Below are positions 38,066 to 46,702 of a stretch of 53,992 nucleotides of DNA, piece after piece. This stretch comes from a virus. Lineage: Duplodnaviria; Caudoviricetes. Within the stretch, counting starts at the first letter, position 1. Each line of letters begins with the position of its first letter. The notes beneath the pieces were generated by a model. The model did not search any database. It was given only the letters and a program-made list of their open reading frames with translations, and was not told the DNA's origin. Both the position numbers and the translations under genes were made by a program. The stretch spans positions 1-53,992 of IMG/VR virus record IMGVR_UViG_3300032053_000101; one strand, given 5' to 3'.

Positions 38066-39139
38066 TTAATATTCAATAGCTTTCTCCATAAATTTATCAT
38101 TTTTTTCATATCCCCATTCCCTACCTACTTTACATTCTTTTTCTCCATCTACTTCAAATATATCTGCTGTACAATAAGGAACATTAGGAATAAACGATCC
38201 TGTTCCAATACTATCAAAAATATATCCATCCAGATTATTAATAGTTTTTTCTAAATAAAAACTTTCAATAAATTTATGTATCTTCTTTACATTAAATCCA
38301 GAAGAAATAATAAGTTTTACTTTATCTCCACCTGCTTTTACCAAAGCTTCTTTTAAAGCTTTAACAGATTGAAATGTAACTCCCTTTCCTTCTCCGTATT
38401 GAGATACATTTTCGCCTGGCGTATCTATTCTAACACCATATAATTTCTCCTTGAAATTATTCCACAATAAAACAGAATCATCTATCTCTCTATTATTATA
38501 ATCAATCAAAGCTATAAACTTTTCATTTTCAGGAAATGTATCTAAATAAGCTTGACCAACTTTTAAATAATCTCCTTTAAAAATCGCAATCAAAGCATGA
38601 GGTATAGTTCCAACTCCTTGTTTATCATAATTGATATCTAAATCTCTTTTATATTGTTCTATTTGAACTTCTAAATAATCTAAAGCATTCATTCCTATAT
38701 CCGTACTATGGCTTGTTATTCCTCCAACCTCTGCTCCATAAGAAGCTAATGCTACAGATTCCGGACCAAACAAATGTCTTGCTGCAAAATCTAAAATAGA
38801 TATATCTTTATCTTTTATCAAATCAATCATCATTTTAGATTGGTAAGCACAATAACAAGGCAACGCTACCCATTGCAAATACATAGTTTCAAGTTCAACT
38901 ATATTCTGAAATCTATCCTCAATTATCATTAAAGTATCTCCGGAATTAAATTCCATACTACCAGGTAATGCCCAAATCTTTGATTTAGGAGCCATCTTTC
39001 TTACTAACATAGCAGCTGCACCTAAAGCAGCAATTCCTTCAAATCTTCCAAATACACGATATTTCACTACAGGATTTATACCAGTCTTTTCTGAAACTAA
39101 TCTTGATTTTGTAAAATATTTATCTGTGAATATATTCAT
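38066..39139 (-). CDS. pncB: Nicotinate phosphoribosyltransferase (NAPRTase family)
   Basis: TDKYF, DFAARH, GTIPHAL, GVRIDT, ISSGF, GTGS motifs. Confidence 0.82.
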   Translation of the reverse strand: MNIFTDKYFTKSRLVSEKTGINPVVKYRVFGRFEGIAALGAAAMLVRKMAPKSKIWALPGSMEFNSGDTLMIIEDRFQNIVELETMYLQWVALPCYCAYQSKMMIDLIKDKDISILDFAARHLFGPESVALASYGAEVGGITSHSTDIGMNALDYLEVQIEQYKRDLDINYDKQGVGTIPHALIAIFKGDYLKVGQAYLDTFPENEKFIALIDYNNREIDDSVLLWNNFKEKLYGVRIDTPGENVSQYGEGKGVTFQSVKALKEALVKAGGDKVKLIISSGFNVKKIHKFIESFYLEKTINNLDGYIFDSIGTGSFIPNVPYCTADIFEVDGEKECKVGREWGYEKNDKFMEKAIEY

Positions 39140-39339
39140 TTCTTCCTCACTTCCACCAATCTCACACGAACTGGAATTTCCCCAATTTTACAATATTTTT
39201 TAATTACACATCTATAATAGTTAATATTAGGAGAACCTGATTCTGATATTTTATCATCAAAAATATCTCGTTTCCTACCAACATTTAATAATTTCCCTGT
39301 CTTCTTATTCTTTATCCACCAATATTCATTGAGTTTCAT
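39136..39339 (-). CDS. Hypothetical protein
   Basis: 67-aa ORF with ATGA overlap. Confidence 0.5.
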   Translation of the reverse strand: MKLNEYWWIKNKKTGKLLNVGRKRDIFDDKISESGSPNINYYRCVIKKYCKIGEIPVRVRLVEVRKK

Positions 39340-39497
39340 TCCTTATATCCCTCTTTTCTAAACCAACATACCTCACAGTTTCTTTTCAAAACATTATTTC
39401 CTTCCTTAAATCTTTATCTAAACAAAAATAACAATCATAATTACATTTTCCTAATAAATTAATATTAGCAAAAGTATAATCTGACCTATTTCTATTT

Positions 39498-40031
39498 TTA
39501 AACAATTTTTACTCCCAATATTTTTTTCATCATCTTCAAAGAATATTCCTGAGCTTCCAAATCGAAATCAGCAACTCCATCATTATAAACAACAACATTA
39601 TAATCTCTATTCCTTAATTCTTCTATTGTAAATAATACACATATCGAAGTGCAAACACCAACTACTTCAATCGATTCTATTCCCTTTTGTTTAATATCAA
39701 ATTGTTTTAATATATCAGCTAATATAGTCATATAAAATCCGTTGTATCGATGTTTAGGTACTAAAATATCTTCTTTTGTATCAAACGATAATTCGCTTAT
39801 AAGTTCTGAACCCCGTGTACCAGATATACAATGTTTTGGAAACAATTTAAACTCTAAATCATCTTCCGAATGAGAATCACACAAAAATATTACCGGATCA
39901 TCATTCTTATGAAATTCATCTATTTTTCTTTTTACAAAAGGTATAATTTCTCTTGCTTTATCACCACAATATAAAGCTCCATCTTTATCTAGAAAATCTT
40001 TAAGCATATCTATAACTATTAAAATTTTCAT
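39498..40031 (-). CDS. pncA: Nicotinamidase (isochorismatase-family cysteine hydrolase)
   Basis: VIDMLKDF, DSH, FPKHC..GT.G, GVCTSICV. Confidence 0.87.
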   Translation of the reverse strand: MKILIVIDMLKDFLDKDGALYCGDKAREIIPFVKRKIDEFHKNDDPVIFLCDSHSEDDLEFKLFPKHCISGTRGSELISELSFDTKEDILVPKHRYNGFYMTILADILKQFDIKQKGIESIEVVGVCTSICVLFTIEELRNRDYNVVVYNDGVADFDLEAQEYSLKMMKKILGVKIV

Positions 40032-40070
40032 TTCTTCCTCCTTTCACACTTCATAGTTTATGGTTATTTG

Positions 40071-40385
40071 TCATGGATTAATTAATTCTGCATTTTTAAA
40101 TATATCTTCTTCAAAATCTTTATTTAACATATCATTATGCCTAATTCTAATAATAATATCTCCCGTTTTAAAATCGTGATTTGTTATTAAATCTTTTCCT
40201 ACAAAATTCATTAGCCGAACCATCATTTTATAACTTTTTCTTTCTTCTTTAATTTTTACTTCTTCATCTCTTAACATTTCCAATTCATTTACCCAAGCAT
40301 GTAAAGGTCTACCGTCTGGCATTATAGTTGAATCATTATCAAATCTTTTTGGTAAATCTATTTTACAATCTTCAAAGAAGCCCAT
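40071..40385 (-). CDS. Hypothetical protein
   Basis: 104-aa ORF. Confidence 0.55.
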   Translation of the reverse strand: MGFFEDCKIDLPKRFDNDSTIMPDGRPLHAWVNELEMLRDEEVKIKEERKSYKMMVRLMNFVGKDLITNHDFKTGDIIIRIRHNDMLNKDFEEDIFKNAELINP

Positions 40386-40714
40386 ATCTTCCTCTTTCTT
40401 GTCTTTTTTACTTTAAAATAAGGATGCAAATCTTTATGATTAATCTTCTTAATAAATGGTCCACATTCATCATGACCTTTAATTATAATCTTTTTGTTAT
40501 TATTCTTCTTGTTCATAATATATTATATAATATCTTTTTATATTACCGGAAAAAGCTTCCGATAAATCCTAATTATACTTATTATATTTAATTGCTTCTA
40601 AAACACTGAATATAATTATTACTATCCAAATCCAAATCGGAAAAATTATATGCAAAGAACTAAACCTTAATAATCCCATAATTACAAAAAAATCAAATGC
40701 TGTTAATCCTTTAT

Positions 40715-42676
40715 TCATTTTACTGCGACTTTCTCTCTTTCTTCTCTTACATTCATTTCTTTCTCTAAGTCAATCTTACCCACTTCATTTACCTTTTTAA
40801 TAAGATTTAAAATAGTGTCTTTCTCTAACTTTTCCGGAGATAAATTAATATCGCATTTATCTTCATTCTTAACTATTTTTGCCCCAGCTTCCAATAAGAC
40901 ATCATTTAAGTTAATAGAATTCTTATAAAAATCCCTTAAATAATTTAAAGAATGTTTCATATAATCCGAATCATAAGAACTTATAGCATTACCAATATTA
41001 GCTTCAACAAAATAAAATTTGCATTCCTGTTCATCGGTTATCATTAATCCTAACATTTTCTGCTGTTCCTTCATAATTGTTTTGGATACACATATTATAT
41101 CATTAGGATTAACCATATAATTCAATTTTAATCTTTCCTTAATCTGTTCTTTAGATACAAATACTTTAAATGGAACTTCTATGTCCTTATCAAAATTAAA
41201 ATAATTAACTGACAATATATAACATTGTTCTGGTTTGCTCATTACATAAAATAATTCAGACGCTCCGTTAGGTAACTGCGCATCTGTCATATCCCCTGAA
41301 AATAATATTTCTCCATTACCAGTTCTATATAAAGCGTCCCAACCTATTTTACTATTACCATTAAGCAAAGATAAATCTAAATCAATTCTATTTCTTTTTA
41401 CATTTTCCCAATGAATACCAACAACAAAGTTTTTAGGTACTACAACACAAGTCCCACAAGGAAAATATCCTGCAAATTGCTTTTCTGTTGCTGGTAAAGT
41501 ATATTGTATATATTCAGGAATATAAATCTTCTTATCTTTAACATTAGGTTTAATATCGCTTACTACAGAATCCATTACTATATCCAATATATCTTTATAT
41601 TTTTTTGTATTTTTACAAGTAAAATCAGTAGCATACGATTTACCATTTCTTATTTTATATAGTATAGATTCCGGCTCTCCTGTTCTGAATTTAAGAGCAT
41701 ATGCAAGTCTTATTTTTCTAAATATATTTTTCCTTTCCAATTCTTCATTTAATTTTGTTTTATTAATATTACTTATATTGGCGGTAACTTCATTAAGATA
41801 ATCTGACGGCATCGGTTTATGGTATTTATCTGCCAACTTCCTGATTTTGTTAATAACGGTTTTCAATCCTTTATTGGTTCTGAAAGCAAGAAATAACGGC
41901 TTGAACCTGAAAAATATTTCCGATAAACCATTTAAAGTATATTTATCGTTATATTTTTTGAATAATCTTAATATAGCCAAATTATCTTTTAATTTTATTT
42001 CTGCTATTGTAACCTTATCTTTAATTAATAAAGTTCTGTTTGTACTCTTATAAATAATAAATCTTAAAAACTCTATTGGATTCTGTGGAAATAAATCAAA
42101 ATAATCGTATAACATTATCCTTACTTCTTTATTTCTTATATTATTTATTTCATTTTCCTTTAAATCAACAAATGTAGCAACATCAACTATATCTTTTTTC
42201 GTATCTTCTTTTAAAGCAATTCCAGATTCTAACAAAGACAATAACTTACTTTTCAATTCTTCCTTTGTATATCCCTTAATAACAATTAATCTAATTTTAT
42301 CAGTATCTATTTTAGGTATTTTCAATTTTTCAACAGGTATATATACAGAATCTTTATCGTATATTCCTAGTGCTTCAAATCCATAAGTTGTTATATAATG
42401 AATAATTTGCTCTAATACCAGTTGTTCTATATCAGTATTTTTTACTTTAGCCCAAGATTTATGAAAAGAACTATTTGCCTGTTCTTTAGTAATACCTAAC
42501 TCTTTTTCTATGATATGTATAAATCTTTCTAATTCATCTTCGGAATAATTATATATTACTTCTGGAGAAAATATAAATCCTCTATCTATGGTTTCTTGCA
42601 ATAACTTTTTAGTTGCTTTCTTTTTACCCTTTTCTTTTATTGGTAAAGCTTTAAACAATCTAATTATAGATTTCAT
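40715..42676 (-). CDS. Helical (possibly Ro/TROVE-like) protein with a C-terminal TerD-like domain
   Basis: GIHWEN..IDLDLS..FSGDMTDA..NGASELFYV TerD-like signature; long alpha-helical basic N-terminal part. Confidence 0.6.
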   Translation of the reverse strand: MKSIIRLFKALPIKEKGKKKATKKLLQETIDRGFIFSPEVIYNYSEDELERFIHIIEKELGITKEQANSSFHKSWAKVKNTDIEQLVLEQIIHYITTYGFEALGIYDKDSVYIPVEKLKIPKIDTDKIRLIVIKGYTKEELKSKLLSLLESGIALKEDTKKDIVDVATFVDLKENEINNIRNKEVRIMLYDYFDLFPQNPIEFLRFIIYKSTNRTLLIKDKVTIAEIKLKDNLAILRLFKKYNDKYTLNGLSEIFFRFKPLFLAFRTNKGLKTVINKIRKLADKYHKPMPSDYLNEVTANISNINKTKLNEELERKNIFRKIRLAYALKFRTGEPESILYKIRNGKSYATDFTCKNTKKYKDILDIVMDSVVSDIKPNVKDKKIYIPEYIQYTLPATEKQFAGYFPCGTCVVVPKNFVVGIHWENVKRNRIDLDLSLLNGNSKIGWDALYRTGNGEILFSGDMTDAQLPNGASELFYVMSKPEQCYILSVNYFNFDKDIEVPFKVFVSKEQIKERLKLNYMVNPNDIICVSKTIMKEQQKMLGLMITDEQECKFYFVEANIGNAISSYDSDYMKHSLNYLRDFYKNSINLNDVLLEAGAKIVKNEDKCDINLSPEKLEKDTILNLIKKVNEVGKIDLEKEMNVREEREKVAVK

Positions 42677-42693
42677 ATTCCCTCCAATTTAAA

Positions 42694-42882
42694 AAAGGCG
42701 GGGGGTATATTTGATTTACAGTCAATTTTAATAGGAACCCCCTATGCCTTTATTATTTTTATGAAGGCGAGGAGTAAATCCCGAATGATTTAATAGGAAC
42801 TCCTTATGCCTTCGAGTTATTGTTAAATGGATCGGAAAGTAATTTTGCCAATCAAAGTTTAATAGGAACTTTCTATGCCCCG
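42694..42882 (-). ncRNA. Three tandem structured RNA repeats
   Basis: Invariant GGCAUA and GUUCCUAUUAAA; covarying stem GGGGGU/ACCCCC, AGGAGU/ACUCCU, GAAAGU/ACUUUC. Confidence 0.78.
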
Positions 42883-42899
42883 TGTTATTCATATAAGTA

Positions 42900-42927
42900 A
42901 TTATACCACAACTTTTTACTTTGTCAA
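42900..42927 (-). promoter_or_regulatory. Sigma70-type promoter
   Basis: TTGACA-16 nt-TATAAT with an extended -10 TG. Confidence 0.8.
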
Positions 42928-42946
42928 GTATTTATTTGGTTTCAAA

Positions 42947-43017
42947 AGTGAACTGAAGGATTCGCACCTTCTCCCTTGGGGCCACAACCCAATGCTCTAC
43001 TATTAAGCTAAGCCCAC
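42947..43017 (-). tRNA. tRNA-His(GUG)-like, atypical or degenerate
   Basis: Cloverleaf GUGGGCU/AGUUCAC, UUGGG-UUGUGGC-CCCAA anticodon arm; T-loop UGCGAAU, no D-loop GG, no encoded CCA. Confidence 0.7.
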
Positions 43018-43040
43018 AATACATAAAATTATAATATTTA

Positions 43041-44894
43041 TTAAAATAAAGGTAATTCTATTTGTAAATTATTTATTCTTTTCTTTGCAATTTCAATATA
43101 TTCTTTATTTAATTCAAATCCTATATATTTTCTATTATACTTTAAAGCAACTTTTGCCGTTGTTCCACTTCCTATAAATGGATCTAATACAACATCTCCC
43201 GGTTTAGTAGAACATAAGATTAAAGGCTGTATCAATTTTTCTGGAAATACAGCAAAATGTAATTCACCTGAAGATTGTGTAGAAATAAACCAGAGATCAG
43301 ACGGATCCTTCCCTAATGGATTATTCTGTTTTTCTGAAGATTTTACAAATACTTCCGTCATAGCCTTATCATATTTATCATCAAATTCTAATATCTGTTT
43401 TAGTTTAATCCAATCCTCTTTTGAAGGATATGCTTCTTTATTCAACCCTTCTATCTGTTCTATAGTCAATCCTTTCTTATTTCTATATTCATTCAGATAA
43501 TTAGATATTTCTTCTAACGGAGGTAAATTCCTAAATTCAATAAATTCTTTATCTCTTATACCAATTGAATAATTGAATTCATCTGTCTTATTTTGTTCTA
43601 TTTCCCAACAATCAGCAGGATTTCTTCCTTTATTACTAAACCTAATTGCATTATCCGTTATTTCTATTGATGTCATAACTTCATCATATTGGTCATCAAA
43701 TTGTAATATCTGTTTTAATTTCTTCCATTGTTCAGGTACTGGCAAACAAGCTCCAGAAAGATCTGTTCGAAACCAATGTGAAACTGTTGATTCAGGATAT
43801 TGCATTATCTCTGCAATTTGATTAGTAGTTAATTCTTTCTTCGCTCTCCATTCCTTTAAATATCCACAAACTTCTTTTGTTATTACTTCATACTTTCTTC
43901 TTTCAACTTCTGATAATTCCCTATTCAATCCTTGCCTATTACTATGCCCTTCCGTTCCTTCATACTTAGGGCTTGTCATACTTAATGATCTATTCATTTG
44001 AACATTTTTCATTATTTCAGAACATTTTTTTTGAGAACCACCACCTGACATAGGTAATTGTTCTTTAAATAATTGTTCTTTTTGTTGTGCTTTTATTTCT
44101 CTTTTTTTCAATCTAATATTTCTTGCTCTTGGAGAACCATACAAGCTTTCATCTTCTATATTAGAAAATTTACCTTGATACTCTTTAATATTTTTTCTTG
44201 GTTGATGTAGATTTCTTGCTCCGTAATTTTTACTCTCTTCCGATCTATTATATTTATTATCTTCCGATACTCCTCTAAATAATCTTTTTATAGAGGAATC
44301 TGCCCATGGTATACGAACTGCATCAAGATTAAAATAGTACTTTGGAGATTTAGTAAAGAAAAATATTAATTCAAAACTATTTGCAAAGCGATCTTGCACA
44401 CTATTAGGCATGTGATTTGGTTTAAACCAACAAATTTTATTTCTTAATATCCAACCTTTTTCTTGCATTTCAATTGCAAATCTTTCAGGTATCATCATAA
44501 GTTGCTTTGGTTGAAGCCAGCCTTTATCTGATTTAACTTTTCTGAATTTACTTGCTTCTACTGCTTCATTTCTACTATTTCTTTCCCAACTTGTTTCTTT
44601 CTTACTCAAAGAACCCGATGGTCCATGGAAATAAATATCTCCAAGATTCACAAACAATATACCGTCTTTCTTCAGAACTCTTCTACATTCTCCGTTAAAT
44701 ATCTCTACGAGATTATCAATATATTTTTGAGGATGTTCTTCAAGACCTATTTCTTCATGTTTCAAAGGATCATCCTTCTTAAGATAAATTCTCATCATCC
44801 AATAAGGAGGTGATGTAACTATCATCTGAACAGATTCATCATCTATTCCAGCCATATCTCTACAAGATTTATTATATATTATGTTAGTCTGCAT
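43041..44894 (-). CDS. DNA methyltransferase (N4-C/N6-A, beta class) with inserted HTH-like repeats
   Basis: TSPPY ... HFAVFP, VLDPFIGSGTT. Confidence 0.88.
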   Translation of the reverse strand: MQTNIIYNKSCRDMAGIDDESVQMIVTSPPYWMMRIYLKKDDPLKHEEIGLEEHPQKYIDNLVEIFNGECRRVLKKDGILFVNLGDIYFHGPSGSLSKKETSWERNSRNEAVEASKFRKVKSDKGWLQPKQLMMIPERFAIEMQEKGWILRNKICWFKPNHMPNSVQDRFANSFELIFFFTKSPKYYFNLDAVRIPWADSSIKRLFRGVSEDNKYNRSEESKNYGARNLHQPRKNIKEYQGKFSNIEDESLYGSPRARNIRLKKREIKAQQKEQLFKEQLPMSGGGSQKKCSEIMKNVQMNRSLSMTSPKYEGTEGHSNRQGLNRELSEVERRKYEVITKEVCGYLKEWRAKKELTTNQIAEIMQYPESTVSHWFRTDLSGACLPVPEQWKKLKQILQFDDQYDEVMTSIEITDNAIRFSNKGRNPADCWEIEQNKTDEFNYSIGIRDKEFIEFRNLPPLEEISNYLNEYRNKKGLTIEQIEGLNKEAYPSKEDWIKLKQILEFDDKYDKAMTEVFVKSSEKQNNPLGKDPSDLWFISTQSSGELHFAVFPEKLIQPLILCSTKPGDVVLDPFIGSGTTAKVALKYNRKYIGFELNKEYIEIAKKRINNLQIELPLF

Positions 44895-45687
44895 GTTTGT
44901 TCATAGCTCTTATTATTGCTGGTCTACTCCAATTTCTTGCAAAATTTTTCCATTCTTTAGAATAATTAATAGAATTCTTTTCATCTTTATATAATTGAGC
45001 AAAAGGCATACAACCTATTCTAAAAACTTCTTTCAATATTCTTTCATATTTTTGCATGTTCTTCCCTATTAAAACATAACAAAATAATTTATTTTGATTA
45101 AATCCTGCTTTGTTTAAAATTTTTATAGCTTTACTTAAAGATTTTAAATCTCCGTTATCACAAGCTAACCATAAACTTTTTATTCTCAATCCTCTTAAAT
45201 CTTCCGCTATTTTATCCGTTATAAGATATTTATCTAATCCGCCTTTAAATTCTATTGCCTTTTGTTTTTTAAGCATAGATAAAACTAATTCCCAATGTTT
45301 CTTACTACATGCTAATATGTTATTATCTTGAATAATATTACCCTCTGGAAAATCATCAAATTCTATTAGTTTATTATCTTTGGCTATACAATACCAACAA
45401 TGATTTATACAACCCCTTGATGTAATTGTTATACCTTTTTTGAGATACATTCCAGAAATAAAAGGTTGATTACTTTCTCCGTCAACTGCTACTCCACCAA
45501 TTTTTACTTTCCCATATTCTCTCCAAGCAGAAGCCAATTGTTCGGCATAATCAATATCCCATATAAAAGTTACGGATACATAAATTTCATCATATACAGG
45601 TGTAAATAAATCTGGTAAACCATAATAAGCATCTTTATCATCAGGAGACATACTTGTTCTTCTTGGAAAAACTCTTGCAATCTTCAT
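44884..45687 (-). CDS. Radical SAM-like protein
   Basis: TSRGCINHCWYC (CxxxCxxC), DNNILA. Confidence 0.75.
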   Translation of the reverse strand: MKIARVFPRRTSMSPDDKDAYYGLPDLFTPVYDEIYVSVTFIWDIDYAEQLASAWREYGKVKIGGVAVDGESNQPFISGMYLKKGITITSRGCINHCWYCIAKDNKLIEFDDFPEGNIIQDNNILACSKKHWELVLSMLKKQKAIEFKGGLDKYLITDKIAEDLRGLRIKSLWLACDNGDLKSLSKAIKILNKAGFNQNKLFCYVLIGKNMQKYERILKEVFRIGCMPFAQLYKDEKNSINYSKEWKNFARNWSRPAIIRAMNKHAD

Positions 45688-45856
45688 TTATTTGATACCC
45701 ATTCATTATTATCTATAATTTGTTCTTCTTCAGTTTTTTGATACCCGCACCTAGGACATTGATATATTGTTTCATGATAAAACTTCTTATCATTTTGATA
45801 ATATGAATTTCTTATTACATTCATATACTTAAAACATCTAGGACAATCTTCAAACA

Positions 45857-46702
45857 TCATTTTTTAAACAATTTCTGTTGTTCCTCTTTTATTCTTGGTC
45901 GATTTAATCTTTCAATAAAATCTAACTTTAATTGATTTCTTTCATTATTTATTCTTTGTTCCGACCATTCACAATATTTTTTATTCAAATCTATTCCAAT
46001 ATATCTTCTTTTTAATTTAGAAGCCACGAAACAAGTTGTTCCTGAACCCACAAACGGATCCAAAATAATATCATTTTGATATGAATAAAGCTTTATTAAA
46101 CGATATGGAAGCTCTTCTGGAAATGGAGCAGGATGCTCCCTGTCTAATTCCGGTCGCATATACCATACATTTGCTGTAAATTTCAAAAATTCATTAGTTG
46201 TTATATCAATATCTTTTTTATTACCCTCTTTTTTATGAGTTTCTTTATCCATAACAACTATAAATTCGCTAGCATCCCGAAGATAGGGTAAACTCGGAGA
46301 AAGCCAGGACCCCCAACTTGTGGAATGGCCAGGGATTTCCCCGCAAGGCATTTTTATCCAAGTCAAAATTTCTCTGTCTAAAAATCCTGCTTTTCTCATC
46401 ATTAAAATAAAATCAATACTTAAATAAGCCATTCTACTTTTTGTAGATTGCATTATAGATGACGGGCAATTCCATGCAATACGACCACCTTTTATTAAAA
46501 TTCTATAACATTCTTTTATAATATTTTCCATATATTCAAGATAATTACTATATTTTTGCCTGTCATCAGTTATTTGATATTTCATTCCTACATTATACGG
46601 AGGAGAAGTAATTATCATATCAATAGAATTATCCGGCATTTCCTTTAAAATCTCTAATGTATCTCCATTTATTATTCTATTTTCAAACTCTTGTATATTC
46701 AT
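45857..46702 (-). CDS. DNA methyltransferase (N4-C/N6-A, beta class)
   Basis: TSPPYN, HPAPFP, LDPFVGSGTT. Confidence 0.9.
   Translation of the reverse strand: MNIQEFENRIINGDTLEILKEMPDNSIDMIITSPPYNVGMKYQITDDRQKYSNYLEYMENIIKECYRILIKGGRIAWNCPSSIMQSTKSRMAYLSIDFILMMRKAGFLDREILTWIKMPCGEIPGHSTSWGSWLSPSLPYLRDASEFIVVMDKETHKKEGNKKDIDITTNEFLKFTANVWYMRPELDREHPAPFPEELPYRLIKLYSYQNDIILDPFVGSGTTCFVASKLKRRYIGIDLNKKYCEWSEQRINNERNQLKLDFIERLNRPRIKEEQQKLFKK

Noticed and set aside
251-45331. Remaining plus-strand ORFs in the track (e.g. 8937, 12984, 16472, 21742, 24541, 33600, 35267, 43573)
   Set aside because: Antisense shadows of minus-strand genes with Phe/Ile/Ser/Leu-biased composition and no RBS
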